Positions 7,825-16,325 are shown, counted from the first letter of the stretch. The stretch: 26,831 bases of DNA from a virus (IMGVR_UViG_3300010043_000013:1-26831), one strand, 5' to 3'. Numbers and translations: made by a program. Notes: generated by a model not told the origin, from the sequence alone.

Positions 7825-10025
7825 GGCGGTCCTCCGTGCTGCGTCGGCAGGCTGGGCAGATCGCTCCACAGATCGGCATCGATGTATTCGATCATCACCG
7901 CATTGATGGCGAGGTTGCTGGTGGTGCCGAACAGTGTGGCGCCGACCACGTGGCCGTAGCTCTCGACCGACCGGTACGGCACCGTAAAGCCCGGGCCGAG
8001 CATGAACTGGATTTCCCCTAGCACCGGCGGCTGCGGCGGCGGGGTAGGCGGCCCCGGCGGTCCCGGCGGGGTAGGCGGTGTGGCGCCGGCATCGAACACG
8101 ATATCGACGCCGAACCAGCGTGCCGGCAGGATCACGTTGGCCGGGAACGTGAAGCCCGCGGTGGCCTGCTGGCTTTGTATGGCGGTCAGCGGCGCAGTAG
8201 TGACCGGCAGCAAATCGGAATGATAGTAGGTTTTGTTGCTCGGCAGAAAGCCGACCACGTACGTGGTGCCCGCCGTAATGGCGACCGGCGTGCCGAGCGT
8301 CACCGTGATCCAGCCGCCGCCCCCCGGATAGGCGGTCGAGGTCAGCGGCACACCGCCCGTCGTCCATATTGCGGCGAGGCCGCCGATGGTATCGGTCGGA
8401 AACTCGTAGACCCGGATGCCGGTGATGTTGCCGCTCACCGTCGAGGAGAACGCCATTCCCAGCGTTCCGCTCGCATTGAAGGCGACCGTCTGCGGTACCG
8501 TCGGGAACAGGATGCTGGCATTGCTCTGCAGCGGCGTCACCCCGGGCGGCGGCAGCGGCGCATTGGCGGCAATCGGCGTCGGCCCCGAAAAGAAGGTGAT
8601 GATTTCGTGCTGCGCGTTGCGCCAGATGATCGGCTTGGCGGCCTTGAGGGTGTACTCGTTGATCTTGTTTTCCGACTCGATCAGCATCGTCACCGTCTGC
8701 GGCTCCGAGGCGGCCAGCGCCACGCCTGCCCTGATGGCGCGCTTGTTGACGATGATATTGCCGTGCGCCGTCAGCGGCGTCTTGAGAATGTAGGTCACCG
8801 GCGCATTGTCGTTGATGACGAGCTGGGTGACGTCGCTGCCGCTCGAGCCGAACAGGCTGACCTCATTGGTTTCGGCCAGCGGCAACGACACGATCGAGAT
8901 CAGCCCCAGCCCCTGGTTGAGCAGGTACCAGTCGCGCGATTGCAGCACCGCGATGATCGAGCGCTCGAAGGCCTGCCCCTGCGGCTGCACGCCGAACACC
9001 GCAAAGTTGATCGGATCCTGATAGCGCAGCAGCAGGCAATAGACGTGGATGTTGTTGATGTCGGTGACGGCGCCGCACGGTTCCTGAAAGAAGTCCACCC
9101 GCTTGAAGATGCCGTCGAGATCGTCACTGGCCTTCTGCACACTCGCGCCGACGATCGCGTAGACGCCGTGCAGATTGCAGAACACCACGATGCGGTTATA
9201 GGACTGGATCGACATCGGGAACGGACAGCCGATATCGGAGGCCAGCGTCACGATCTGAAACTCGGTCGTGCTGGCGCCGACGCTCGGCGTTGTCACCGAG
9301 ATATTGCCGATGAACTTCACCGACTGATCGCCGAAAATGTACAAGTAATTATTGAGGCTCCGCAGCGCGGTGATTTCATGCACCAGGTCGGCGTCGGTGA
9401 CGCTGGTCGAGCCTGCCGCATGGGTCGGATCGAAGGTGGTAGGCGACAGCGTATCCGACCATATCAGCAGCCTGCGGTGCGCCAGCCAGGCGCGTCCACC
9501 GAACACCGCAACGGTGGTGCAGGCAATGCCGTTGATGTTGGTGGTGAGGATGGCGCCGTCCCACGAGCTGTAGCCGGCGATCGGATCGGCAATCAGCACC
9601 ATCGAGTCGGAATAGGTGGTGAGGTCGGGTGTGGTGCTGAACGTGCCCGGCGGCGCAAACACCACCGCAGCGCCGTTATCGGCACGCACCGCGGTCGCCG
9701 ACCCGTCAGTGGCGAAGTAGATGATGTAATCGATGAGCGAACTGTTGGGATTGGTGGGATCGGACAGCAGTGAGGTGGAGAACTGCCGCGCCACTGTCTT
9801 GCCCGGCACCAGGGTGAGCGGAAACAGCGGCGCCGGCACCACCTGCAGGTCATTGCCGGCGATCGGCTGCAGGTTCTCGATCCAGTAGGCTTCTTTTTCA
9901 CTGAGGTTCTGCCGCATCGGGCGGGTGTTCATCTTCGGCATATTGTCGAAGATGATGAACTGCCGCGGCCCCGGCGTTCCGCCGGTGTGCTGCTGCTGCG
10001 CCCGTTGCTGCGGCCGTTGCGCCAA
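7821..10025 (-). CDS. Tail nozzle / tail tubular protein B-like (P22 gp10 / T7 gp12 positional analogue) with inserted DUF4082-like domain
   Basis: 734 aa beta-rich. Motifs VFGGRAWLA..LIWSD, LNNYLYIFG, SDIGC. TTG start with AGGAG SD. Synteny. Confidence 0.75.
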   Translation of the reverse strand: MAQRPQQRAQQQHTGGTPGPRQFIIFDNMPKMNTRPMRQNLSEKEAYWIENLQPIAGNDLQVVPAPLFPLTLVPGKTVARQFSTSLLSDPTNPNSSLIDYIIYFATDGSATAVRADNGAAVVFAPPGTFSTTPDLTTYSDSMVLIADPIAGYSSWDGAILTTNINGIACTTVAVFGGRAWLAHRRLLIWSDTLSPTTFDPTHAAGSTSVTDADLVHEITALRSLNNYLYIFGDQSVKFIGNISVTTPSVGASTTEFQIVTLASDIGCPFPMSIQSYNRIVVFCNLHGVYAIVGASVQKASDDLDGIFKRVDFFQEPCGAVTDINNIHVYCLLLRYQDPINFAVFGVQPQGQAFERSIIAVLQSRDWYLLNQGLGLISIVSLPLAETNEVSLFGSSGSDVTQLVINDNAPVTYILKTPLTAHGNIIVNKRAIRAGVALAASEPQTVTMLIESENKINEYTLKAAKPIIWRNAQHEIITFFSGPTPIAANAPLPPPGVTPLQSNASILFPTVPQTVAFNASGTLGMAFSSTVSGNITGIRVYEFPTDTIGGLAAIWTTGGVPLTSTAYPGGGGWITVTLGTPVAITAGTTYVVGFLPSNKTYYHSDLLPVTTAPLTAIQSQQATAGFTFPANVILPARWFGVDIVFDAGATPPTPPGPPGPPTPPPQPPVLGEIQFMLGPGFTVPYRSVESYGHVVGATLFGTTSNLAINAVMIEYIDADLWSDLPSLPTQHGGPP

Positions 10026-10043
10026 GTCGCTACGCTCCTATCC
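10025..10043. repeat. 19-bp direct repeat, copy 1 (AGTCGCTACGCTCCTATCC)
   Basis: Exact match to 10927-10945. Confidence 0.95.
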
Positions 10044-10886
10044 GATACGCCAGGCCGTGCCGTCACTATAAACCGGCACTACGGTACTGCCGCCACCGGC
10101 GACCACCGAGGCGAACGTGTTGGTGGTGGCGTCGGTCACTACCGCGCGTCCGCCGGCCGTGGTCGTGGCCAGGGGCAGAGACGCGACAGTGCGCGGGGGC
10201 AGGACAATAACGCCGCCGTTAACCACCAGAGTGCCAAGGTCGAAGGTTGCGCCGGTTGGACCTATGGCAAACACCGAGGTCCAGGTGGTGATTGCCGTGC
10301 CGGCGGTGCCGCTGGGCGCCATCTGCAGATCGAGGCCGGCAGGGCCGAACACCCAGCGCATGGCGGCATCGGTGGCCAGATAGGTTTCGCCGGTGGGATT
10401 GACGTAGAAGTTAAATCCCTGGTTAGGCCCATTCGGTGTGGTGACGGTGGTGGCGAGGACACCGCTGGCGACGTCGGCAGGCGGTGATGAGACGGAGGCC
10501 TCGACCGGTCCCGACACCGCCAGGCTTTTGGCGAAGATGTTGCCGGTGGTGAACAGGTCGTCGTTGGGTTCCCAGTCGAACACCGGATTCCACGCGGCGA
10601 TCGGTTGCCCCGCTGTGCCGGCGACACCGGTCGTTTCGAATGCCAGGTGACCCGCCGTAAAGCACCACCGCGCCGCCCAGTCTGCGCTGAGATAGCTTTG
10701 CCCGCTGGCGGTCTGATAGAAGTTGAAGCCCTGGGTACAGCCGGGCAGGGTGGTGACGTTGCTGGCGACAATGCCGGTCGATGCGTCAGCCGGTACGCCG
10801 ACGCCGACTCCGAGTGTGTTTCCCATGGGTATAGGACTCCCGATTATTCCAAAGCCGCTGATGATGGTGATGTTGGTCGTGCTCAT
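10038..10886 (-). CDS. Tail fibre/spike-like protein with an internal tandem duplication (282 aa)
   Basis: Two ~75-aa repeats (PAD..G....VTT..G..QGFNFY....G..YL..D.A.RW.F...GTAG..I..W..VF). C-terminus RAVVTDAT...VAGGGSTVVPVYSDGTAWRIG resembles fibre/spike termini. Confidence 0.7.
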   Translation of the reverse strand: MSTTNITIISGFGIIGSPIPMGNTLGVGVGVPADASTGIVASNVTTLPGCTQGFNFYQTASGQSYLSADWAARWCFTAGHLAFETTGVAGTAGQPIAAWNPVFDWEPNDDLFTTGNIFAKSLAVSGPVEASVSSPPADVASGVLATTVTTPNGPNQGFNFYVNPTGETYLATDAAMRWVFGPAGLDLQMAPSGTAGTAITTWTSVFAIGPTGATFDLGTLVVNGGVIVLPPRTVASLPLATTTAGGRAVVTDATTNTFASVVAGGGSTVVPVYSDGTAWRIG

Positions 10887-10910
10887 GGACGCAGTCCTTG
10901 CCGGAATCTC
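10886..10910 (+). repeat. Hairpin+tail element copy (TGGAC-GCA-GTCC-TTGCCGGAATCTC)
   Basis: Matches copies at 13751-13777 and 22712-22739, opposite orientation. Confidence 0.7.
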
Positions 10911-10926
10911 CTCAAAATCCCACTAC

Positions 10927-10945
10927 AGTCGCTACGCTCCTATCC
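10927..10945. repeat. 19-bp direct repeat, copy 2
   Basis: Exact match to 10025-10043. Confidence 0.95.
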
Positions 10946-11329
10946 CTGCTCCTGCACCGTCAGTGGATTATTGGCGGCGGTGAGCGCCAGCGCCTGCCAC
11001 GCCTGCTGACAGGTCGGCGGCCCCATGAACAGGGTGGCGCCTGATGCGAGCGCAAAGCCGCCCCCGAGCTGGTTGGTGCTGGGCGTCAGCGGCGCGCTGA
11101 AGCCTTGCTGATTAGGACCGCCGCCGAACGGCGGGGGCTGGAAGCTGCCGCCATAGACCAGCACCAGGGTAGGGAACACCACCACCGTATTGGGCCCGGG
11201 GTTATGGAAGGTAATGCCGGTGCGCGTGGAGTTGGCGCCGATCACCGGCCGCGGTATCTGGTCGAGAAAGTTGATTGCCGTGATGAGCGACTGCGCTCGA
11301 GGCTGACCGGCGAGTTGCTGCACCATCAC
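10940..11329 (-). CDS. Small beta-rich virion-module protein (129 aa)
   Basis: GTGA overlap, GGAGG SD, RTGITFHNPGPNTVVV beta pattern. Confidence 0.75.
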   Translation of the reverse strand: MMVQQLAGQPRAQSLITAINFLDQIPRPVIGANSTRTGITFHNPGPNTVVVFPTLVLVYGGSFQPPPFGGGPNQQGFSAPLTPSTNQLGGGFALASGATLFMGPPTCQQAWQALALTAANNPLTVQEQG

Positions 11330-12222
11330 GCCCTCCGCATCTTCTCGAATGCGCTGCGATTATACGGATTGGCTATCCTCACCCCGCCACTGGCGCTAAT
11401 GATGCGCGGTACCCGCTGGTCATACTTCTGCTCGTAGAATTCTGCCTGCTGGAAGTTCTGGTGCTTCATCAACAAGTAGGCCGCCGCCTTGTACTGTACG
11501 GCCTGGCAGAACGGATCCTTTATTTCCCGATCAATATCAGTTAATCCGACCAGCGGCTCGGCCGACTTCACCACGTCCCACTCGCTGAAATACTGCTGGT
11601 TGGGCGTCGGCTGCATGAACACCAGGTTATCGCCGACATGGATGGTGAACATCCCGGGATAGCTCTGGAAGCCCTGCGCCTGCAGCGAGCGCGCCCACGC
11701 CTGGAAGATCGAGAACGGCCGGTAACTCAGGCTGTAGCGCATTGTATTCCACAGATTGCTGATGCTGATGACATTGAAGGCATTGAAGATGGTGATCGGC
11801 GTCGCGGTGGCGCCGGTCCCGTCCCCGCTGATCACCAATGACGGCACGGTGGTGTAGAGCTGCCCCCACTGCGTCATCACCAGCGGCCCGACAGTGCCGT
11901 CGGCGTTGATATTGATGGTTGCTCCCGCCTGGGTGCCGCCGGGCGGGGGCGGGCCGAACGCGACCGTCGCGGTGGTGTAGCCGCTGCCGGGATTGGTGAT
12001 CGTCGCCCCGACCACCGCACCTTCGAAGCCGTAGACATCCTGGCCGAACATCAGCTGCACGCCGGTGATCAGCTTGCGGACGCACTGCATGTCGCGGGAA
12101 ACGTCGAGGCGCGCATCGTTGATGCGCTCAATCATTTCGCGCCGGCTCCAGGCCGACTCGCTAAAATCGTGGACTAAACTCTGGACCTGGCGCAGATATG
12201 CGCCGAGCGTCAATGTGGTCAT
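11326..12222 (-). CDS. Head-to-tail adaptor / tail tubular protein A-like with inserted beta domain (298 aa)
   Basis: Helical N-terminus (YLRQVQSLVHD...RINDARLDV) and C-terminus (AVQYKAAAYLLMK..AEFYEQKY) typical of adaptors. ATGA overlap. Synteny. Confidence 0.7.
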   Translation of the reverse strand: MTTLTLGAYLRQVQSLVHDFSESAWSRREMIERINDARLDVSRDMQCVRKLITGVQLMFGQDVYGFEGAVVGATITNPGSGYTTATVAFGPPPPGGTQAGATININADGTVGPLVMTQWGQLYTTVPSLVISGDGTGATATPITIFNAFNVISISNLWNTMRYSLSYRPFSIFQAWARSLQAQGFQSYPGMFTIHVGDNLVFMQPTPNQQYFSEWDVVKSAEPLVGLTDIDREIKDPFCQAVQYKAAAYLLMKHQNFQQAEFYEQKYDQRVPRIISASGGVRIANPYNRSAFEKMRRA

Positions 12223-12779
12223 TCATCAGGCGTTCCTGGCGCTTCAAAAGCGACCGGTTCTGCAGCAGCCGGCGCCGGTGTAACGGGCGTCCGCGGCCGC
12301 AGCACTTTCTTGCGCGGCTTGCCGGTGCCGCGCCGTCTGCCTACCACTGTCCGTCGCGGCGGCGCCGGGTCGTTGTTCAGTCCCATCATATCGGGCGCCT
12401 CGCCGGCCTCCTCGGCCGGGATCGGCGCCCCCGGCGCATGCACGCGCCGCATTTCGTAATGCTCGACACTGAGCACCACTGCCCGCGTCATGATCTGCCA
12501 CGGCAGATTGGCGCACGGATAGGGCACGCCGATTGCGTCGGCCGCCTGACGGTCCTTCGGGATCGTGTAGTGCTCGGGCCGGTTCCAGCCGAACCGCCGC
12601 GCCATATGCATGGCCATTTCCTGCGGCTCAGCCGGCCAGCCGAAGATGTGCTGCGCGGCCTCCGGCGGAATCGTCACCGTCAAATCCGGCGGAAACTCAT
12701 ATGGTACGCCGTCATGCATATCGTTGATCTGGAACGGATTGCGATTGGTGACGCGCACCCGCTCGATGCGTTCACTCAC
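12219..12779 (-). CDS. Hypothetical head-module protein (186 aa), basic C-terminal patch
   Basis: GTG start 2 nt after the upstream stop, ATGA overlap downstream. Contains RRTVVGRRRGTGKPRKK. Confidence 0.75.
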   Translation of the reverse strand: MSERIERVRVTNRNPFQINDMHDGVPYEFPPDLTVTIPPEAAQHIFGWPAEPQEMAMHMARRFGWNRPEHYTIPKDRQAADAIGVPYPCANLPWQIMTRAVVLSVEHYEMRRVHAPGAPIPAEEAGEAPDMMGLNNDPAPPRRTVVGRRRGTGKPRKKVLRPRTPVTPAPAAAEPVAFEAPGTPDE

Positions 12780-12781
12780 GG

Positions 12782-13723
12782 TTAATAGACCTTCGCTTGC
12801 AGGAACGTCACGTCATTGGCGGGCGCCGTGGTGACGGTTGCGGTTGCGGTCATGCCGGTCAGGGTGCCGCCCGCAAACGAGATGGTCGGCGGCGACGCGG
12901 TGGCGTAGAAGCCACCGCTATAGATGACGACGAGGCCGGTCAGCGTGCCCGACCCGGTGAGCGCATTGCCGGTCAGCAGTGCGCCCTGCGTGGTATTCAC
13001 CGGAATATTCGGCTGGAAGATCGTGCCCGGCCAGACGTTGGCCTGATTGATCAGTCCCGGCGCCGGCCAGGTCTGCACCACACTGTCGCCCGGCCAGCGT
13101 GGCGCGCCCTGATAGAACATCGGCTGCGGGATGATATAGAACTGCGGGATTGAGGTGTAACCTGCACCCGGATTGACCTGGGTGACGCCGGTAATCACTC
13201 CTGCGGCGCTGAGCGTTACCGTGAACGTTGCTTGGATGCCGCCGGGCGGGGGCGGATCGCAGCAGATGACGGGCGGCACCAGGAACCCGCTGCCGCCGTT
13301 GACCACCGTCGGCGCCGGCACACTTCCCCCGACAATCGCGTAGCCTGCGGCGGTAGACGGCGCCCCGTTGGGCGAGGCCGAGAAGCCGACCGTGGTGCCG
13401 GTCTGCACCGGGCCGATCCCGTTGGTGCCGGTACTGCCGGCCGCCGTGATGGCGACGCTGTTGACGATGCCGGTCATGTTGAGCAGGCGGTAATTCGCGC
13501 CGTCGCTCGTCAGGTCAGTATAGTCCTGTGCGGCGAACAGCGGCCGCCACTGCGTTGCATTCGGATCGAACCACTGCAGCGCCGTATTGGGACCGGTGGT
13601 CAGCAGATAATTGCCGGCCGGCACCACATAGATGCCGCCGGATTCCAGCTGGACGACCGGATCAACGCCGCAGATTTGCGGAGACGTTAACGGTAGCGGG
13701 AAGGGTCCACGCGCCTGTGTCAT
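12782..13723 (-). CDS. Gly/Pro/Thr-rich virion structural protein, possible capsid decoration (313 aa)
   Basis: Directly after the capsid gene. NGGSGF and NPGAGYT motifs. GAGG SD. Confidence 0.7.
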   Translation of the reverse strand: MTQARGPFPLPLTSPQICGVDPVVQLESGGIYVVPAGNYLLTTGPNTALQWFDPNATQWRPLFAAQDYTDLTSDGANYRLLNMTGIVNSVAITAAGSTGTNGIGPVQTGTTVGFSASPNGAPSTAAGYAIVGGSVPAPTVVNGGSGFLVPPVICCDPPPPGGIQATFTVTLSAAGVITGVTQVNPGAGYTSIPQFYIIPQPMFYQGAPRWPGDSVVQTWPAPGLINQANVWPGTIFQPNIPVNTTQGALLTGNALTGSGTLTGLVVIYSGGFYATASPPTISFAGGTLTGMTATATVTTAPANDVTFLQAKVY

Positions 13724-13750
13724 GGGCTTTAGGCCTCGGTTGAATTTCTA

Positions 13751-13777
13751 TGAGATTCCGGTAAGGGCAAGAGCCCA
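13751..13777 (-). repeat. Hairpin+tail element copy (TGGGC-TCTT-GCCC-TTACCGGAATCTCA)
   Basis: 16-nt exact match to 22712-22727. Begins 5 nt after the capsid stop. Confidence 0.7.
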
Positions 13778-13782
13778 GCCCC

Positions 13783-14799
13783 CTATATGACCAGAAACTG
13801 CAAACCGTCGAATTTGCCGTGGCACTTCGGCTTGACGTTCACGAGTTCAAGAAGGGTGAGAATTGCACTGATGTAGCCAAATTGGTTGTTGGGTAGAGTT
13901 GATTCGAAGCCGGTGAAGGTAAAGGCTGCGCGTTCGTGGAGATACAGAGAGAGGTAGTTGGTGTTGATGATATATAATGTACCCTCCGGGCAGTAGGGAT
14001 CCGCGTAAAACGGAATGCCGGCAATATCCAGTGCCTGGAACGAGCTGTGACCGACGAAGTTGGCTGAAGCATCCAGTCTCTCCCCGGGGTTGATGACGTA
14101 TCTCTCTTGCGGGGTGAAATCCTGCGCCAACAGGGTCCAGGTTCCGAAACCCATGATGCCGATTTGCGGCATTTCACCAGTGGTTTTGGTCACCTGGGCG
14201 ATATATTGCAACATCAGATTTCTAGTCGGCGTAACGTTGCCGGCATTATGCACATAGGTGGATTTCCAGAACTGATTCTGCGTTCTGTTAATGCCGCCAT
14301 AGGTCAACGCAAAAGTGCCGTCATCGATGGCCGCCGGCAGACCGATCATCTGCTGCGTATTGGCGACGTTATTGAACAGGGTAAGCGCGAATGTATCGAT
14401 GCTGACGTTCGTGGCGTCATTCATCCTTGCGTCAATTAATGGGACTATCGAATAGTCCAATTGCACGAGCCCCTCGAACCCAAGAAAAGGCACCGGCGTA
14501 CAGAACGCTTTCAAGTTGAATTCCGCGTTCTGGATCCCCGGCATCACCCCCGGCTGGTTGAACGATCCTGAATAATCGACCCACTGCCCCGACACCATCG
14601 GGGCACCTTGTACTGGTGCAGTAATCGGCGACAGGCCCCCAGTCGCTACCTGTGCCGCAGACATCAAACACGCCATAAGTGGGGCACTCTTCCAGAGCTG
14701 GACGTATACTCTCGGCATGAATGCACGCCTAACTACACTAGTCAGCTCTTGTGCAATCGCACCTTGTGCTGGGATGATTCCCTGGCCAAGTATAGGCAA
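13783..14799 (-). CDS. Major capsid protein (338 aa)
   Basis: Size and position. Motifs MIGLPAAIDDG..TYGGINR...FW, GIPFYADPYCPEGTLYIINTNYL and C-terminal PKCHGK. TTG start with AGGAG SD. Confidence 0.9.
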   Translation of the reverse strand: MPILGQGIIPAQGAIAQELTSVVRRAFMPRVYVQLWKSAPLMACLMSAAQVATGGLSPITAPVQGAPMVSGQWVDYSGSFNQPGVMPGIQNAEFNLKAFCTPVPFLGFEGLVQLDYSIVPLIDARMNDATNVSIDTFALTLFNNVANTQQMIGLPAAIDDGTFALTYGGINRTQNQFWKSTYVHNAGNVTPTRNLMLQYIAQVTKTTGEMPQIGIMGFGTWTLLAQDFTPQERYVINPGERLDASANFVGHSSFQALDIAGIPFYADPYCPEGTLYIINTNYLSLYLHERAAFTFTGFESTLPNNQFGYISAILTLLELVNVKPKCHGKFDGLQFLVI

Positions 14800-14816
14800 A
14801 GTAGCAACTCCTGAGA

Positions 14817-14969
14817 CTACAACCGGCAGTCTATCTGATATGACGGGACCGTCCCGCTCCAGATATCCGGTTCGAGGTCAGCGACTCGTTGCCCGCGACC
14901 ATGGCGAGACGACCACAGCTCGAGGTTCTCGGGTCTGTTGTCGTGGCGAATGCCGTTCCTGTGGTGCAC
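14817..14969 (-). pseudogene. HNH endonuclease remnant / mini-HNH (50 aa)
   Basis: Hand translation VHHRNGIRHDNRPENLELWSSRHGRGQRVADLEPDIWSGTVPSYQIDCRL*. Canonical HNH_3-type motif, N-terminal part missing. Confidence 0.8.
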
Positions 14970-15533
14970 CTATCTCCTGAATCCGGACGACAGATTCCGG
15001 TTCTTGAATTCACTGATGATGTTGTAGGCCGCGTCCATGGAAGCAGTTCTCGGGTCCGCGGCGAAGTCCTTGAACGCCATCGGCTTGCCGTCCCGTCCGC
15101 TGACGGTTGGGAAATCCCACTTGGCGCCCGGCCGCTCGCTCTGCGGCGGCGGCTGGTAGCGCGGATCCGTCTCCGGGTTCTTGGCTGCGTACAGCACTGC
15201 CGCGTCATCCCACGGGATGCCGCCCAGCCGGGTGCGCTCCTTGTCGATCTCGCCGATCTGCTCGTCGCTGTAGCGATCGCGCAGTTTGTCGCGCTGCCGC
15301 TCGTGTTTTTCCTTTTCCTTCTCGGCGGCGTGGCGCTGGCGCTCCTGGGCAATTTCGTTCTTGAGCTGCTGGAACTGGTTGTGCTGCACGACATCGGGGA
15401 ACGACGCCCGCGCGCGCTGCGGGTCCACCCTGTTGACGAGCTGGGCCAGTCCGGGGCGAGTTTGTGGGTTATGGCCCAGCTCGTACAGCAGACTTGCCAG
15501 ATCTGCCTGCTGTTCCACGCTCAGATCGCTCAT
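14970..15533 (-). CDS. Probable capsid scaffolding protein (187 aa)
   Basis: Charged coiled-coil middle, immediately upstream of the capsid gene, ATGA overlap. Confidence 0.65.
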   Translation of the reverse strand: MSDLSVEQQADLASLLYELGHNPQTRPGLAQLVNRVDPQRARASFPDVVQHNQFQQLKNEIAQERQRHAAEKEKEKHERQRDKLRDRYSDEQIGEIDKERTRLGGIPWDDAAVLYAAKNPETDPRYQPPPQSERPGAKWDFPTVSGRDGKPMAFKDFAADPRTASMDAAYNIISEFKNRNLSSGFRR

Positions 15534-15607
15534 CGCCGTGACCGCCTTGGTTTGGGGAAGGTCTTTCGCCCGTGCCGGCGCACCATTTTGCGACCACGCC
15601 GGGCCAT
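15530..15607 (-). CDS. Arg-rich peptide B (25 aa) MARRGRKMVRRHGRKTFPKPRRSRR
   Basis: AGGAGG SD 7 nt upstream. Starts 1 nt after the peptide A stop and its TGA overlaps the scaffold ATG. Confidence 0.8.
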   Translation of the reverse strand: MARRGRKMVRRHGRKTFPKPRRSRR

Positions 15608-15608
15608 C

Positions 15609-15686
15609 TCAGTACCTCCTGCCCTTGCGGGCTCTTCTTGCTTTTCGGCTGGCAGGCACCATGACCATTCGACGTCGTCGCGCCAT
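15609..15686 (-). CDS. Arg-rich peptide A (25 aa) MARRRRMVMVPASRKARRARKGRRY
   Basis: AAGGAG SD 8 nt upstream. With peptide B it fills the intergenic gap exactly. Confidence 0.8.
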   Translation of the reverse strand: MARRRRMVMVPASRKARRARKGRRY

Positions 15687-15699
15687 TGCATCATCTCCT

Positions 15700-15891
15700 T
15701 TAGAACGCGCCCTGGATGGCGGTCTTGAGCGTTGCGTAATCTCCCTGCACCTGCGTCGGTGCGGCAGAGCCTTCGAGCAGCACCAGCGATATCGTCGGGT
15801 CTGCGGCGTACTGGGTGACCCAGATGACATGGGCGGGATTGACGGCAATGACCTGTCCGCCATTGACTTCGGTGAGTTCAATCAGCGTCAT
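15700..15891 (-). CDS. Small protein resembling the FlbD/SwrD-like pattern (63 aa)
   Basis: LIELTEVNG..IAVNPAHV.WV pattern, GGAGGT SD. Family call by eye only. Confidence 0.6.
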   Translation of the reverse strand: MTLIELTEVNGGQVIAVNPAHVIWVTQYAADPTISLVLLEGSAAPTQVQGDYATLKTAIQGAF

Positions 15892-15909
15892 GGGCGGTAC
15901 GACCTCCGG

Positions 15910-16104
15910 TCATCGTTCCCACTTCCTTGCGAAGCTTCCGGTCTGCGTGCCCATCCGTTTTTCGAGCTCACGCGCCCGCTCCGAGCGGCCCGGGATCAGC
16001 GGCACATCCGGCATCGGATTGACGAACTCGGTGAAGTTCTGCCGCGCGTTCTCGAGCCACGCCGTCGAGCGTTCACCCGGGATCGGGCAACTGCGACCGC
16101 TCAA
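15910..16104 (-). CDS. Hypothetical protein (64 aa); start corrected to TTG 16104
   Basis: TTGA overlap with the upstream stop, GGAGG SD. MSGRSCPIPGERSTAWLENARQNF... Confidence 0.65.
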   Translation of the reverse strand: MSGRSCPIPGERSTAWLENARQNFTEFVNPMPDVPLIPGRSERARELEKRMGTQTGSFARKWER

Positions 16105-16301
16105 ATCGGCCTCCCCCGCACGGCCTGCGGGCCGCCGCGCTCGAGCGTCATCTTGTTGCGGTCCCACTTGCCGCGGGCCGCATCGGTGAAGCCGCCGAAC
16201 TGCGAGTAGGTTGGCGGGTTTCTAAACTGCCCGTCCTCCATGCTGCGCTTCTGCAGGTTGCTGGTATTGACGCCTTTGGGTTTCAAGTAGTCCTGCGCCA
16301 T
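16101..16301 (-). CDS. Small basic head-module protein (66 aa)
   Basis: Strong TAAGGAG SD. Confidence 0.8.
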   Translation of the reverse strand: MAQDYLKPKGVNTSNLQKRSMEDGQFRNPPTYSQFGGFTDAARGKWDRNKMTLERGGPQAVRGRPI

Positions 16302-16325
16302 GGCCGACTCCTTATTACTATGTGT

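Noticed and set aside
7825-8367. N-terminal 181 aa of the 305-aa ORF
   Set aside because: Out-of-frame overlap with the nozzle gene; the SD and ATGA overlap put the start at 7824.
14817-14969. Group I intron carrying the HNH
   Set aside because: The insert is only about 170 nt, lies between intact genes and shows no recognisable P/Q/R/S core.
139-14972. Genome-wide TAG recoding (prompted by the scaffold-HNH junction)
   Set aside because: TAG cleanly ends several genes followed by SD/start of the next, and the long genes are uninterrupted under the standard code.
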